Shown: positions 42,996 to 53,798, counted from the stretch's first letter. The stretch is DNA of 64,000 nucleotides from an uncultured Methanosarcinales archaeon (GCA_963843555.1 CAWJKV010000002.1:32001-96000), one strand, 5' to 3'. Translations and numbers: made by a program. The notes: generated from the letters alone by a model not told the origin.

Positions 42996-43757
42996 TTAAG
43001 CAGGCTTTGGTCTTAAGATAGGCGAAGCTGTCTGGTCGAAGGGGTTGGTTCTCATTGCCAAGGAGAAGAGGTAGGGATAATTGACATTTAAGTACTTCAT
43101 ATAGTCGAGCCATTCATGCACCAAAAGGCCATAGACTCGTTTGATATCGCCCTGCAAATGCATGAGATCTGTTTGGGGCAAATCTTTCAGGCTGGGTCTG
43201 CTTGCCAGTTCCTCAGATAAGTGAGTGGTAGCCAATAGTATATCTGAAAACGATTCATGTTCTAGCAAGGTTGGGTTCTCTGTGAGTCTGAGGAGAAATT
43301 CACGTTTTCTATCAAGAAAGTCAAGCAAGTATTCTAAATTCACCTTCTCCATATCGATTCCAAAGTTATGACTGTTGAGGTTCTTACCCACTCTCGAAAA
43401 TTCCTGATCCGACCAGCTATCTTTGATTACGAGGCTGGATCTTAGGCTTTCAAGCTCAGGGTCAAGGTTTGAGAGATCGGTAAGCAGCTTGGTGCCAACC
43501 TCGATGAAGAATGTTCCAATAACCATATTCAATTTTTCCATTCGTTTGCGCTTCTCCAAGTAACTAAATATCTTTTCAATGATTAGGGCAACCAAGAGAA
43601 CTTCAAGGGGCAGGAAGGATATTTCTTCCGCCAGTCTTGATAAGATGATGCGTTCATCTCCGAATATGATATATGTAAGAAGATAGAGAAATATTGATAA
43701 TACAACAAGAGATATTGCGAAAAGGACTTGCCACTTCTCGATCTTCAGCCCTGACAT
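42996..43757 (-). CDS. Conserved hypothetical membrane protein
   Basis: Two N-terminal TM segments; KLNMVIG.FF, NP.LLEHESF and YPYLFSLA.RTNPFD. Confidence 0.8.
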   Translation of the reverse strand: MSGLKIEKWQVLFAISLVVLSIFLYLLTYIIFGDERIILSRLAEEISFLPLEVLLVALIIEKIFSYLEKRKRMEKLNMVIGTFFIEVGTKLLTDLSNLDPELESLRSSLVIKDSWSDQEFSRVGKNLNSHNFGIDMEKVNLEYLLDFLDRKREFLLRLTENPTLLEHESFSDILLATTHLSEELASRPSLKDLPQTDLMHLQGDIKRVYGLLVHEWLDYMKYLNVNYPYLFSLAMRTNPFDQTASPILRPKPA

Positions 43758-44014
43758 AGAAATATTCCATCATGTGTCCGCTTATTTGAGGATTTCGAAT
43801 ACTCTGATCCAAATCGATCAATCGAAAGAAAAGGGCTCAGCCAAGAGAGCTGGCAAGAAGAGGCTGAAAGAAGATCGAGATACATCCCTTGTCGATTCAT
43901 AACATTTCATACTCTTATGATATCCGCTCAAATATGTATTTAATTGATAGAAGAAAATAGTGATCTAGTTAATAGTCATAGTTAATTGCATAATAGAAAT
44001 AGGAGGAATGAATC

Positions 44015-46393
44015 ATAACAGCGACAAGCAAACCTGAAACACCCAGTCGCACAGTCCTACCGATCCCGGATCGCCCGTTCACGGGGCCGGTCATGTTCGA
44101 CGCCAAGGACCCCAATTCGAAATTCCCGCCGATCGAGCCACTGCGGCCGCCAAAGGGCGCGCCCAACGTGCTCCTGATCCTGCTGGACGATGCAGGCTTC
44201 GCGGCGATGAATACGTTCGGCGGTCCGTGCACGACGCCGACCGCCGACCGCCTGGCCGCAGGCGGCCTCACATACAACCGGTTTCACGTCTGCGCTCTCT
44301 GTGCGCCGACCCGTGCGGCGTTGCTCACCGGCCGCAACCATCATGCGGTTGGGATGGGCACGATCACCGAGACCGCGACTTCTGCGCCGGGGTACAACTC
44401 GCTCCGGCCAAAGTCGGCCGCCCCGTTGGCAGAGATCCTGAAGCTGAACGGCTACTCAACTGCCCATATGGGCAAGTGTCATGAGGTGCCGGTCTGGACG
44501 ACGAGCCAGATGGGGCCTTTTGACGGGTGGCCCACGGGCGGCGGCGGCTTCGAGCACTTCTATGGTTTCATCGGCGCGGAAACGGACTACTACAGACCGG
44601 ATCTATACCATGGCACCACCCCGGTAGATCCTCCGAAGACGCCGGAGGAGGGCTACCACTTCGACGATGACCTCGCCACCCGCACGATCGAATGGATACA
44701 GCAGCAGAAGGCGCTCATGCCGGACAAACCGTTCTTCGTCTACCTGGCACCTGGTGGCACACACGCACCGCACTCTGTGCCCAAGGAATGGTCCGACAAA
44801 TACAAGGGCAAATTCGACAAGGGCTGGGACAAGCTGCGCGAAGAGATCTTCGCTCGCCAGAAGAAGCTGGGAGTCATCCCCGCCGACGCCGAGCTCACCC
44901 TGCGACCGCAGGAGATCCCGTCCTGGGAGGATATGCCGGACACGCTGAAGCCGGTCCTGGCGCGGCAGATGGAGGTCTACGCCGGCTACATGGAGCACAC
45001 CGACTACCAGGTGGGCCGGGTGGTCGCCACGCTTGAAGACTTGCAGATCCTCGACGACACGCTGATCATCTACATCACCGGCGACAACGGCGCTTGCGTC
45101 GGGGGTGGGCTGAACGGCACGTTCAACTGGATGATCACGCTCAACGGGGCGGCCGATATAGAGACGCCCGAGTTCATGGTGGAGCGGATAGACAAGTTCG
45201 GCACGCCAGAGGCCCTCAACCACTACGCCGTTGGCTGGGCGCACGCGATGGACACGCCCTACCAGTGGGTGAAGCAAGTCGCCTCGCATTGGGGCGGTAC
45301 CCGCAACGGAACGATCGTGCACTGGCCGAACGGCTTCAAAGCGCGGGGAGAGATCCGCTCCCAGTTCAGTCATGTGATCGACGTGGCGGCGACCGTGCTC
45401 GATGCGGCCGGGATCCCCGAGCCTGCATTCGTGAATGGCGCTCAGCAGACGCCGCTACAGGGCCAGAGCATGGTCCCGTCCTTCGACGACGCAGGTGCGC
45501 CCGAGTTCCGCGAAGTACAGTACTTCGAGATGTTCGGCAACCGCGGCATCTATCATCAGGGCTGGACTGCCTGCACGAAACACGGCACTCCGTGGGTTGC
45601 ATTCCAGGAGCTTCCCCAGCTAGACGACAACGTGTGGGAGCTGTATGGCCCTGACGACTGGACCCAGGCCCACAACCTGGCGAAAGAAATGCCGGAGAAA
45701 TTGCACGAGTTGCAACGTCTGTTCCTGATCGAGGCGGTCCGATACAACGTGCTGCCGATCGATGACCGCAAGATGGTCAAGTTCAATCCCGAGATCGCGG
45801 GGCGTCCGGAGCTGATCCACGGCAACACGCAGATGCTCTATTCCGGCATGCGTGGACTCGGCGAGAACCTCGTCCTCAACGTCAAGAACAAGTCGCACGC
45901 GGTCACCGCCCAGGTCGTCATCCCCGATGGCGGCGCCAAAGGCGTCATCCTCGCTCAGGGAGGAAAGTTCGGAGGTTGGAGCATCTATGCCAAGGAAGGC
46001 CGCCCGACCTACTGCTACAACCTGCTCGGTCTGCAGTACATCAAGATCGAAGGCAAGGATCAGATCCCGGGTGGCGAGCACCAGGTGCGGATGGAGTTTG
46101 CCTATGATGGAGGCGGTCTGGGCAAGGGCGGCACCGTCTCCCTCTACATCGACGGAAAGAAGACCGGCGAGGGACGCGTCGAGCGGAGCACTCCGATGGT
46201 TTTCTCATTGGACGACAAGACCGATGTCGGCAGCGACCGCTGCACGCCGGTCAGCGACGACTATGGCTCTGGCGATTCAGACTTCAACGGCCAAATCAAG
46301 TGGATCCAGATCGACCTCGGCGAGGACGCAAAAGACGCAGACCACCTGATCACGCCGGAGGAGCGTTACCGGATCGCAATAGCCCTGCAATAA
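44015..46393 (+). CDS. Arylsulfatase (Cys-type) with C-terminal LamG-like domain; GC-rich
   Basis: LDD.GF, CAPTR..LLTGRN (CxPxR), GKCH, THAPH and DNG motifs. The open frame extends upstream of ATG 44093 to ATA 44015, behind AGGAGG. Confidence 0.92.
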   Translation: MTATSKPETPSRTVLPIPDRPFTGPVMFDAKDPNSKFPPIEPLRPPKGAPNVLLILLDDAGFAAMNTFGGPCTTPTADRLAAGGLTYNRFHVCALCAPTRAALLTGRNHHAVGMGTITETATSAPGYNSLRPKSAAPLAEILKLNGYSTAHMGKCHEVPVWTTSQMGPFDGWPTGGGGFEHFYGFIGAETDYYRPDLYHGTTPVDPPKTPEEGYHFDDDLATRTIEWIQQQKALMPDKPFFVYLAPGGTHAPHSVPKEWSDKYKGKFDKGWDKLREEIFARQKKLGVIPADAELTLRPQEIPSWEDMPDTLKPVLARQMEVYAGYMEHTDYQVGRVVATLEDLQILDDTLIIYITGDNGACVGGGLNGTFNWMITLNGAADIETPEFMVERIDKFGTPEALNHYAVGWAHAMDTPYQWVKQVASHWGGTRNGTIVHWPNGFKARGEIRSQFSHVIDVAATVLDAAGIPEPAFVNGAQQTPLQGQSMVPSFDDAGAPEFREVQYFEMFGNRGIYHQGWTACTKHGTPWVAFQELPQLDDNVWELYGPDDWTQAHNLAKEMPEKLHELQRLFLIEAVRYNVLPIDDRKMVKFNPEIAGRPELIHGNTQMLYSGMRGLGENLVLNVKNKSHAVTAQVVIPDGGAKGVILAQGGKFGGWSIYAKEGRPTYCYNLLGLQYIKIEGKDQIPGGEHQVRMEFAYDGGGLGKGGTVSLYIDGKKTGEGRVERSTPMVFSLDDKTDVGSDRCTPVSDDYGSGDSDFNGQIKWIQIDLGEDAKDADHLITPEERYRIAIALQ

Positions 46394-46499
46394 CGTCGCG
46401 ACCCATGCGGGTTAGAGTCAATCCAGGCAGCCGCGGATCTCGATCACATAATCACGCCCGATGAACGCATAAGCCTTGCAGGGATCGTAGTAAGTGAAT

Positions 46500-46830
46500 T
46501 CATGAACGATAGCCCGGTCTGGGCTGCTGAAAGAGGACTACTGAAAGAGGCTGGCCACAATGCAGGATCGGCTCCTGGATTAGAACTCTTCAGATTTGCC
46601 AAAAAAGAGGGGATAAAGGAATTACCTTCTACGGTTTCACACAGGATAATACGAAGAGGCTTAAGGAGCCGGGTCAAACGCCTTCCAAAGGTCTTGCATA
46701 GAGGCTGTGAAGATGATATCTTGCGAGGATTCCTCGCTACTTTATCATGGGCAACTCGAACTCGCCACTATTCCCAAAGGAGCTATTGACATATACCGAA
46801 AAGGAAAGTCTTCGGATCTGGATCTGTTAG
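46500..46830 (+). pseudogene. Degraded cis-prenyltransferase (UppS-like) fragment
   Basis: Joined across frames: WAAERGLLKEAG...PGLELF...GIKE / TFYGFTQDNTKR / SCIEAVKMI / MGNSNSPLFPKELLTYT. Confidence 0.6.
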
Positions 46831-47017
46831 CTAAATTTTTATGAAGCTCTAGATTTGGTACAATGCGCAAGATATAACCCTGGGAAGGAGAATGAAAAAC
46901 CGCAAAAAATTGAGCGTGAATCGGAGTTTCATGAAAACATTAAAAAAATTCTTTTACTTCATGCATCGGATGGCTTAGTCCGAAGGATATAAAGACATAG
47001 TAAGCCCATCATATATC

Positions 47018-48094
47018 ATGAAAAGATTTCGATTATTAAAGGCCACCCGCCAGAGCACAGAGTACTCCTGCGGTGCGTCAGCTCTGCAGTCAGTTCTAAG
47101 TTATTGGGGAAAGGACTTGGATGAAGAGGAGCTGATGAAGCTGCTCCATACCACTCCGGAAAGCGGCACCTACCCCGAAGATCTAGTAAAAGTTGCCCGC
47201 GGGCTTGGGTTTGAAGCAGAGGTTAAAGAGAATCTCACAATTGATGATGTCGCGGAATCCACAAAGATTGGAAATCCGGTAATCGTACTGGGCCAGGCCT
47301 GGAGAAGCCGGGAAGAATCGGAAAAATCTGTAGCTCACGACTGGGAGGATGGCCATTATGTCGTAATACTGGCAGTTGATAAAGAATATGTCTTTTTCGA
47401 GGATCCCTATGTAAGAATGGGGAAGGGTTTCATGCCCCGCCAGACGTTCGAAGAACACTGGCATAATATCGGCGGAAAGACGCCAACTGATACATCGAAG
47501 CAGATGCATTTGGGAGTGTTCATCAGAGGTAAGAAACCAGTTAAACCCCAATCTCTCCAGCAGATGGATACTTCTAAGTTGGACTTTAGCAAAATTGCTC
47601 CTTTGCAGCTTGTATTCTTTGAATTCAAGGGTGAGGTATTGCCATATGATATTATGGAGGTGGCAAGACCTATATGGGAAAAAGGCTTCATCAGGCCGGC
47701 TGCATTCCTATTCTTGCGCAAAGACATGGAGGGTAAATTAACAGCAATTGAAGGAGGCAACGTGCAAGAAGAGGAGGAAGTGATAGAAATTGATGCGCTG
47801 ATGGCTGTGATGGCTGGTCTGCGTCTGGGTGGTCGTGAGAGCGCCAAAGGCAGGGCAGAAGATGCAGTGAATGCAGCATCTAGAGGAGATTTTGGAGTAT
47901 CGGTGGAGGATATTAAGAAATTTGGGGAGAGGCTTCCCCCTGGCAGCTCAGCCGTGGTTGTGCTCCTTGAGCATCTCTGGGCAACGAAATTAAGGGACAT
48001 AATCCGCAGCTTAGGTGGCGAAGTAGTAAACCAGGAGTTTATTAAGCCGGACACACTGGCCAGGCTACAGGCAAGACTCTCTGAAAAGTTGTAA
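47018..48094 (+). CDS. C39-family peptidase domain fused to a DUF1269/DUF6325-like domain
   Basis: QSTEYSCGASAL (Cys), GHYVV (His), EDP (Asp); C-terminal LPPGSSAVVVLLEHLWA...GGEVV. Confidence 0.8.
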   Translation: MKRFRLLKATRQSTEYSCGASALQSVLSYWGKDLDEEELMKLLHTTPESGTYPEDLVKVARGLGFEAEVKENLTIDDVAESTKIGNPVIVLGQAWRSREESEKSVAHDWEDGHYVVILAVDKEYVFFEDPYVRMGKGFMPRQTFEEHWHNIGGKTPTDTSKQMHLGVFIRGKKPVKPQSLQQMDTSKLDFSKIAPLQLVFFEFKGEVLPYDIMEVARPIWEKGFIRPAAFLFLRKDMEGKLTAIEGGNVQEEEEVIEIDALMAVMAGLRLGGRESAKGRAEDAVNAASRGDFGVSVEDIKKFGERLPPGSSAVVVLLEHLWATKLRDIIRSLGGEVVNQEFIKPDTLARLQARLSEKL

Positions 48095-48263
48095 ATCGCA
48101 ATTGGCCGCAAAGAGGAATGAGAAACGAATGACTCGTGCAGATTTGACCCTACCCGGTATACGACGGCACCTCATCAGGCCGAAAGGCTGGATCGTCTTT
48201 CGAGAGTTGCTGGAAAAGGTATTCGCCCGTATTGCCGATCATGAGGCCCTGGGATTGAATTCC

Positions 48264-48358
48264 AATTTATCATCGACGCCAGCATCTGCATATTTCCAGC
48301 CCAGTGCCCCAGCTTCTGCTCCCACAACCATTCCGAATACGGGCACAAAGAAGATGAG
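48264..48358 (-). pseudogene. DUF1269-like gene relic
   Basis: LIFFVPVFGMVVGAEAGALGWKYADAGVDDK glycine-zipper segment with no intact ORF around it. Confidence 0.55.
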
Positions 48359-48438
48359 ATCGATTGCATTTTGTACGCAGGAGTTAGAATGTGGACTGTC
48401 CGCCTTCAGCCTCTTCTAAGTAGGGATTGTGTTCTGGA

Positions 48439-49817
48439 TCATGATATTTTGCGACGTGTCACCCATTGATAGGCGAGGATGAGAAGGAAGAGCCATATCG
48501 CCCCGATGATATAGCTGCCCAGAACATCGCTCGCCCAGTGTGCGCCAAGATATACGCGTGAAGGTCCGATCAGAATGATCAGCGCACCGCAAATGGCGAT
48601 AACGATCACCCGTGTCCATCCAGCAAAATGTATCCATGCGAGATAGGCAAAAAATCCAAAGAAGACGACAAAAAATAGGACATGCCCGCTTGGATAACTG
48701 TATTCGTTGATGCTCTGTATGAATCTCGGGGCATTTTGGTTTAATTTTTATGTTGATATGGTCTCTTAACTGAAAAAGGGATATGAAGGGGCTTGAAATG
48801 AAACTATCAACACTATCGCTTGACCACTTAGGGTTGGTTGCCGCAATATTCGATGCTTTGGGAATTTCAGATGTGATTGATGAATGGATTCCTAAGACTC
48901 GTAACTGCAAACTAAGCCATTCTGCGATAATAAAAGCATTGGTTGTCAACGGATTGGGTTTCGCGGAACGCAGACTGTATATATTTCCAAGCTACTTTGA
49001 AAATTTAGCGCTAGAACGTCTTTTTAATCCTGGTGTAGTTCCGGAAGATTTTAACGAGGATGTTGTCGGCAGAACCCTCGACCGAATCAATAAATTCGGC
49101 TCGACAGCTCTTTTCAATAATATAGCCATGAAATGCATGCAACAGCTCGCTTTTGGCACTAATATCTACCATGTTGATACCACAAGTTTTGGTGTGCATG
49201 GCGATTACGAAGGATTGGACTGCAAGCCTGCTATGGAGATAACTCTCGGTCATCCTAAAGACGGTCGCTGGGATCTAAAACAGTTCATTGTGAGCATGGT
49301 GACCAATCAATGCGGAATTCCTCTCTTTGTCCAGGCTCATTCAGGAAATAAATCGGATAAGAAAACTCTCATTGAGACGATTCAGATGTTCAAGTCTAAC
49401 CTGGACTTCTCCGGAAAGAACTACTTTGCAGCAGATAGCGCCTTCTTCAGTTCCGAGAATATTCGTCTTCTTGGCGACAGCACTCTAAGGGAATGGACGC
49501 GGTCTTTGGATGAGATCCTTCAGCACAAAAGCCAGCAATACGCTGCTGGTCGTGGCAAGCATAAAGATCGCCTCCAGCCATTTGCGACGCATGGCAAAGA
49601 TCAACATAGCGATGGCGGTCAGTGCAAGAGCAAACGCCATTTCACCAAGGTAGCTAACTCCTTCCATTAGCATGTCGAACAATGGGCTCGTCTTTTCCTT
49701 TAACTCCTCGTAGGACTTCTGGTCGAAGGGCAAGACCGGAAACCGGGCTGCAGCATACGAGAGTGATATGGCAAGTGCAAGCATTAACACGAATACGATT
49801 GCGATCTTTCTATTCGA
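48439..49817 (-). pseudogene. PAP2 phosphatase duplicate, interrupted by an IS1634 fragment
   Basis: Closely similar to 53963-54598. 3' part 48439-48740, 5' part 49485-49817; the TTG start reads TCG here. Confidence 0.9.
48741..49484 (+). mobile_element. IS1634-family transposase, 5' fragment
   Basis: LDHLGLVA, NGLGF..R.LY, HVDTTSF.V.G.Y, GHPKD.R.DLKQF, SGN.SDK and ADSA motifs. Truncated at the PAP2 junction. Confidence 0.9.
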
Positions 49818-50455
49818 TGTATCTTCATATATGGGCTCACACTTATTATTCTATTGGCCACCTTTAGCTGCCAAAAATTTTAGGGGCTGCCGGTGGAATC
49901 AACGGATTCCTAAGCTGTGTGCTTCCAAGCCTGTTATGCTCTCTTCCTATGCCCATATACCGCTTATTACCCGCTAATAATTGGTTACAAATGATAAAAT
50001 TGGCACCTGCATCTCGTAGTCCAACGAATCTGAATAAGTCCGGCGACGATATTTATTTAACCCGTCGCGCCGCCAAAAGCAGCCCAACCAGACCAGGCAC
50101 TTGGATTAAGGGGCAGAGAACATGTCAGAAGCAATTTCCTCATAACCAGACATATGCGATATTACATGCTTCTGATCCTTTCGCTATTACGATGAGGATT
50201 TGGTACGGTTGTGAGGCTCAAGCAATTGAAATCACCTTCTATTCTTCTGGCTCCGGTTTAAATCCGATCCAGGATAATGATAGGAATCGCTTAGCCTAAT
50301 ATTTGACCAAAATTGGCAGTTCGAGCGCCTCTAGAATTTGCGAAATATATATCTACTGGCAGCGATATGTGCAATACGCAGCTATCATTGAATTCAAGGA
50401 CATTCACGACAATGAGGACTTGCTATTTATTAATTGGCATTAAGAGGAAGGGTGA

Positions 50456-51703
50456 ATGGAGGGAGTAATTGGGAGTAAACTTCTGCTTGATTGGCAGATG
50501 GCATCCGAAAGTGAGTTGCGAATTGATAAAAAGATAAATATAGCGGCCCATTCATGCACCATCAGACAGCATATTGCATTCCCTATCTGGCACATTATCT
50601 TTTTTATGTACTTTCTGGCAATCATTTCCTTTTCTATGGCATGTCCCGCATTGTGTCAGCCTTCCCAAGGTCAAAGCAATCTGGTACAGACGACCAGTTC
50701 TGGTGGTCCGCTATCCGTCCCAGCTCAATTTTCGGGTGATTGGTACTCAGTTGATGGAGGGCCGGATTTACAGGCTAACCTTGCGCGGTCAAGCGTCTAC
50801 CAGGATGAAAGTACTTCGCTTTTTTTGACATTGATGAACACAGGAAAAGTCACTTCTTTCAAAGCGGTCAGCGAGCCTTCGATGTCGCGGCCGGATGAAG
50901 TGTTCGCGGCGCAGAAGGAACTCCAGCTCGAGGCTCTGAGATCAACTGCTCAGGATGTATCTGTGCAGCTGGTTTCCCAGAATGCAACGGCCATGAACCT
51001 CAAGCGTGAGGTGGCTTATGGGGGCTCTTTGCGAGAAGGACAGGTTTCGTCACCTCTGGAGTTTCCAATAGAGATCTATGAGAATACGGAACCTGGAAAT
51101 TATACACTTTATGCGATTATCAATTACACCTATCAGCAAGATGTCGCAGTCAAGCCCAATAGCGATAATCCTCAGAATCCGGATGTCTTTTACTGGTACA
51201 ATATTGCCAGTAAGACAATTCCTCTCAATTTGCGCGTGGAAGAGAAGAGCCTGGTCGATCTCAAGGCTCAAAGCACATCTCCCGAAGCTCTCAGCGTTGG
51301 ATCAAAGAACAATGTTGTGAATGTCGTAATCCAAAATGTTGGGAATGACACCGGGAAAGATATCATCGCCAGGCTTCGCCCGGAGACAGGAATTTACGTA
51401 GACATGGATGAGTCGCCCATTCCTAGCCTTGGACCTGGCGAGAAAGCGGAGCTGGTTTACAAAGTGGACGTCTCGAAAGACGCCATCGCTGACAAGACAT
51501 ACAGGCTAACGCTGCTCTTTGATTTCTCTGATTCTTATCGGAAGAACTTGGTGGACAGCGATCATATTTATATCACTATTCAGCCCGGTTTATCAGCTCT
51601 TCTCTTTCAATACTGGTGGGTGGTACTGATCGCAGCCGCCATTGTAGGACTGGCGGCTCTGTTATTGATCAAACGCAGGAGGAGCGCTGCCGGGAGCCAT
51701 TGA
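50456..51703 (+). CDS. COG1361-type S-layer/CARDB-like exported protein with C-terminal TM (start may be downstream, e.g. 50606)
   Basis: Signal-like segment, Ig-like domains (IQNVGNDTGKDIIARL, SLGPGEKA), TM helix plus KRRR tail. Confidence 0.8.
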   Translation: MEGVIGSKLLLDWQMASESELRIDKKINIAAHSCTIRQHIAFPIWHIIFFMYFLAIISFSMACPALCQPSQGQSNLVQTTSSGGPLSVPAQFSGDWYSVDGGPDLQANLARSSVYQDESTSLFLTLMNTGKVTSFKAVSEPSMSRPDEVFAAQKELQLEALRSTAQDVSVQLVSQNATAMNLKREVAYGGSLREGQVSSPLEFPIEIYENTEPGNYTLYAIINYTYQQDVAVKPNSDNPQNPDVFYWYNIASKTIPLNLRVEEKSLVDLKAQSTSPEALSVGSKNNVVNVVIQNVGNDTGKDIIARLRPETGIYVDMDESPIPSLGPGEKAELVYKVDVSKDAIADKTYRLTLLFDFSDSYRKNLVDSDHIYITIQPGLSALLFQYWWVVLIAAAIVGLAALLLIKRRRSAAGSH

Positions 51704-51746
51704 GCGAGAAGGCAGTTGTGGTGTACCTTTTGCCAGGGGAGAAGCG

Positions 51747-52670
51747 ATGGATGCTGTTCTCAATAATAAATCCAGCATTGGCAAATACTCAGTGATCGGT
51801 CGAGGCCTCACCAAGAGCTTCGACGGCCTGCGGGTTTTGCAGGATCTTAATGTTAGTATTCCTCGCGGGGTTACTTATTGTCTCCTAGGTCCAAATGGAT
51901 CCGGCAAGACCACCTTGATACGAATGATCATGGGGCTGGTCAAGGCAGACTCCGGGGAGATCTATGTACTTGACGAACCCCTGAATCAGATAAGCAAAGT
52001 CTATCCCAGGCTTGGATATATGCCGCAACTAAGGCCGATCTATCCCGACATCACTGTTCGTGACAATCTGGAGTTCTTCGCCGCACTTTACGGAATTCGC
52101 GGTCAAAAACTTGATAGGAGGATTACTGAGGTTCTCAAAATTGTGGATCTACCTGAAACCGAAGATAGGATAACAGGGATGCTCAGCGGCGGAATGTACC
52201 AGAGAATATCACTAGCCTGTACTCTAATTCATGAACCTGAACTTTTGCTGCTTGATGAGCCTACCGTCGGGATCGATCCTGTGACCAAGCAGTCCTTTTG
52301 GGAATATTTTCGGGCATTAGCGAAGGAGGGGAAGACTGTTATTATAACCACCCACATCATGGAAGAAGCCGAGCAATGTGACCTTGTAGGGTTCATGCGC
52401 AACGGCCGGATGCTTGCCGAGAGCACTCCGGCCGAGTTGAAGAGATTTGCAGGTTTAAAGAAGCAATTGAGGATGCAGGTCCTTGATCCCGAGCAAGAAA
52501 TGCCAAAACTAATAGCCAGAGGCCTTGTGGTGCAAAGAAATGGCAATATGTTGCTCGTAGATATCGAGGACATAACCAAGATCCAGGAAGTGCTGGAACA
52601 GGTGAAGCCGGTTGATTTCGATGTAGTTGAGCCGACTTTGCAGGCCGCCTTCCTAAAGCTTGCGATTTAA
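51747..52670 (+). CDS. ABC-2 type transporter ATP-binding protein
   Basis: GPNGSGKT, LSGG, LLLDEPT and TTH motifs. Confidence 0.95.
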   Translation: MDAVLNNKSSIGKYSVIGRGLTKSFDGLRVLQDLNVSIPRGVTYCLLGPNGSGKTTLIRMIMGLVKADSGEIYVLDEPLNQISKVYPRLGYMPQLRPIYPDITVRDNLEFFAALYGIRGQKLDRRITEVLKIVDLPETEDRITGMLSGGMYQRISLACTLIHEPELLLLDEPTVGIDPVTKQSFWEYFRALAKEGKTVIITTHIMEEAEQCDLVGFMRNGRMLAESTPAELKRFAGLKKQLRMQVLDPEQEMPKLIARGLVVQRNGNMLLVDIEDITKIQEVLEQVKPVDFDVVEPTLQAAFLKLAI

Positions 52671-52688
52671 TCTTTAAGGAGTTTAAAT

Positions 52689-53798
52689 GTGGTCCAGTTA
52701 GACGCTCTTTCGCTAAGCATGCGAAGGATATGGGCAGTTGGAAAAAGGTTGATCCGCCAACTCAAACGAGATCGGCGTACTTTGGGTACCATGGCCATCA
52801 ATCCCATAATCCTGATGGTGATACTGGGTTACTCACTATCTGCGACTTTAACCGGGATCAATTTGGGTGTGGTGGAGCTGGACAGCGGAACTGTTCAAGA
52901 TGCTGTGCTCGATTACCTTCAGGGTTCCGACTCCTTCTCGATAACTCATTTGGCTTCGGAGTCCGATGTTAGGAAGCTGATCTTGGAAGGAAGGATCGAC
53001 GGAGGGGTGGTCCTTGCTGGTGATGAGATAAGGATTCTTCTGGATGGCACCAGCACCCAGGTCGCGAGCGCAATAACGGGAGCAGTGAGGGCAGGAATGC
53101 AGGGAGGGATTTTGCAAATTCTGAACAGCCTGCCATACGCAAAACCGGGACAGGTTCCTGCTACTACAACTTATTATGTCTACGGATATGATCTGGAGGC
53201 AAAAGATGCTGTAGGAGCAGCCCTTCTCGGCATCACGATATTCTTCTTCACTTTCCTTAACACTGCGATTGCTTTCCTGAGAGAGAGAACTCAAGGGACG
53301 CTGGAGAAGATATTGGTGACGCCGCTGGATAGAATAGAGCTCGTTTCAGGTTACATCTTGGGATTTAGTTTGGTGACAATAATTCAGGCAGCGGTCACCT
53401 TTGCAGTATTAGTTGTTGTATTCAAGGTACCCATACAAGGCAGCATATTAGCCCTCTTTGCTATTATTGTGTTGCTCAGCGCCGGTTCCCTCAGCTTTGG
53501 GGCGTTCCTTTCCAATTTTGTAACCTCAGAGTATCAAGTAATGCAATTAAATCCCTTGGTGACACTTCCTCAGATCCTGCTTTGTGGAGCTTGGTTTCCG
53601 CTTGCGGCCGTTCCAGAATGGCTGCGGCCTCTGGCGTTGATCTTCCCCCTCACCTACTCTACGCATGCATTGAAGTTAGTGCTGCTGAAAGGAGCCTCTC
53701 TTCACGATATTCTTTTCCCAGATTTGCTGGCGCTCTTTATATTCTTCATCGTAACCTTCTTCTTGGCGACTTTTATGCTCAAGAAGGAAATAGCCTGA
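52689..53798 (+). CDS. ABC-2 type transporter permease
   Basis: RDRRT, LRERTQGTLE.ILVTP and FPLTY motifs; about 6 TM. Confidence 0.93.
   Translation: MVQLDALSLSMRRIWAVGKRLIRQLKRDRRTLGTMAINPIILMVILGYSLSATLTGINLGVVELDSGTVQDAVLDYLQGSDSFSITHLASESDVRKLILEGRIDGGVVLAGDEIRILLDGTSTQVASAITGAVRAGMQGGILQILNSLPYAKPGQVPATTTYYVYGYDLEAKDAVGAALLGITIFFFTFLNTAIAFLRERTQGTLEKILVTPLDRIELVSGYILGFSLVTIIQAAVTFAVLVVVFKVPIQGSILALFAIIVLLSAGSLSFGAFLSNFVTSEYQVMQLNPLVTLPQILLCGAWFPLAAVPEWLRPLALIFPLTYSTHALKLVLLKGASLHDILFPDLLALFIFFIVTFFLATFMLKKEIA

Noticed and set aside
48783..49670. Intact 295-aa transposase
   Set aside because: After ~49484 the ORF reads antisense through PAP2 sequence, so the transposase is truncated.
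49915..50450. ORF 49919-50299 and possible relics in this spacer
   Set aside because: No recognisable motif or RBS, and the other frames are full of stops.
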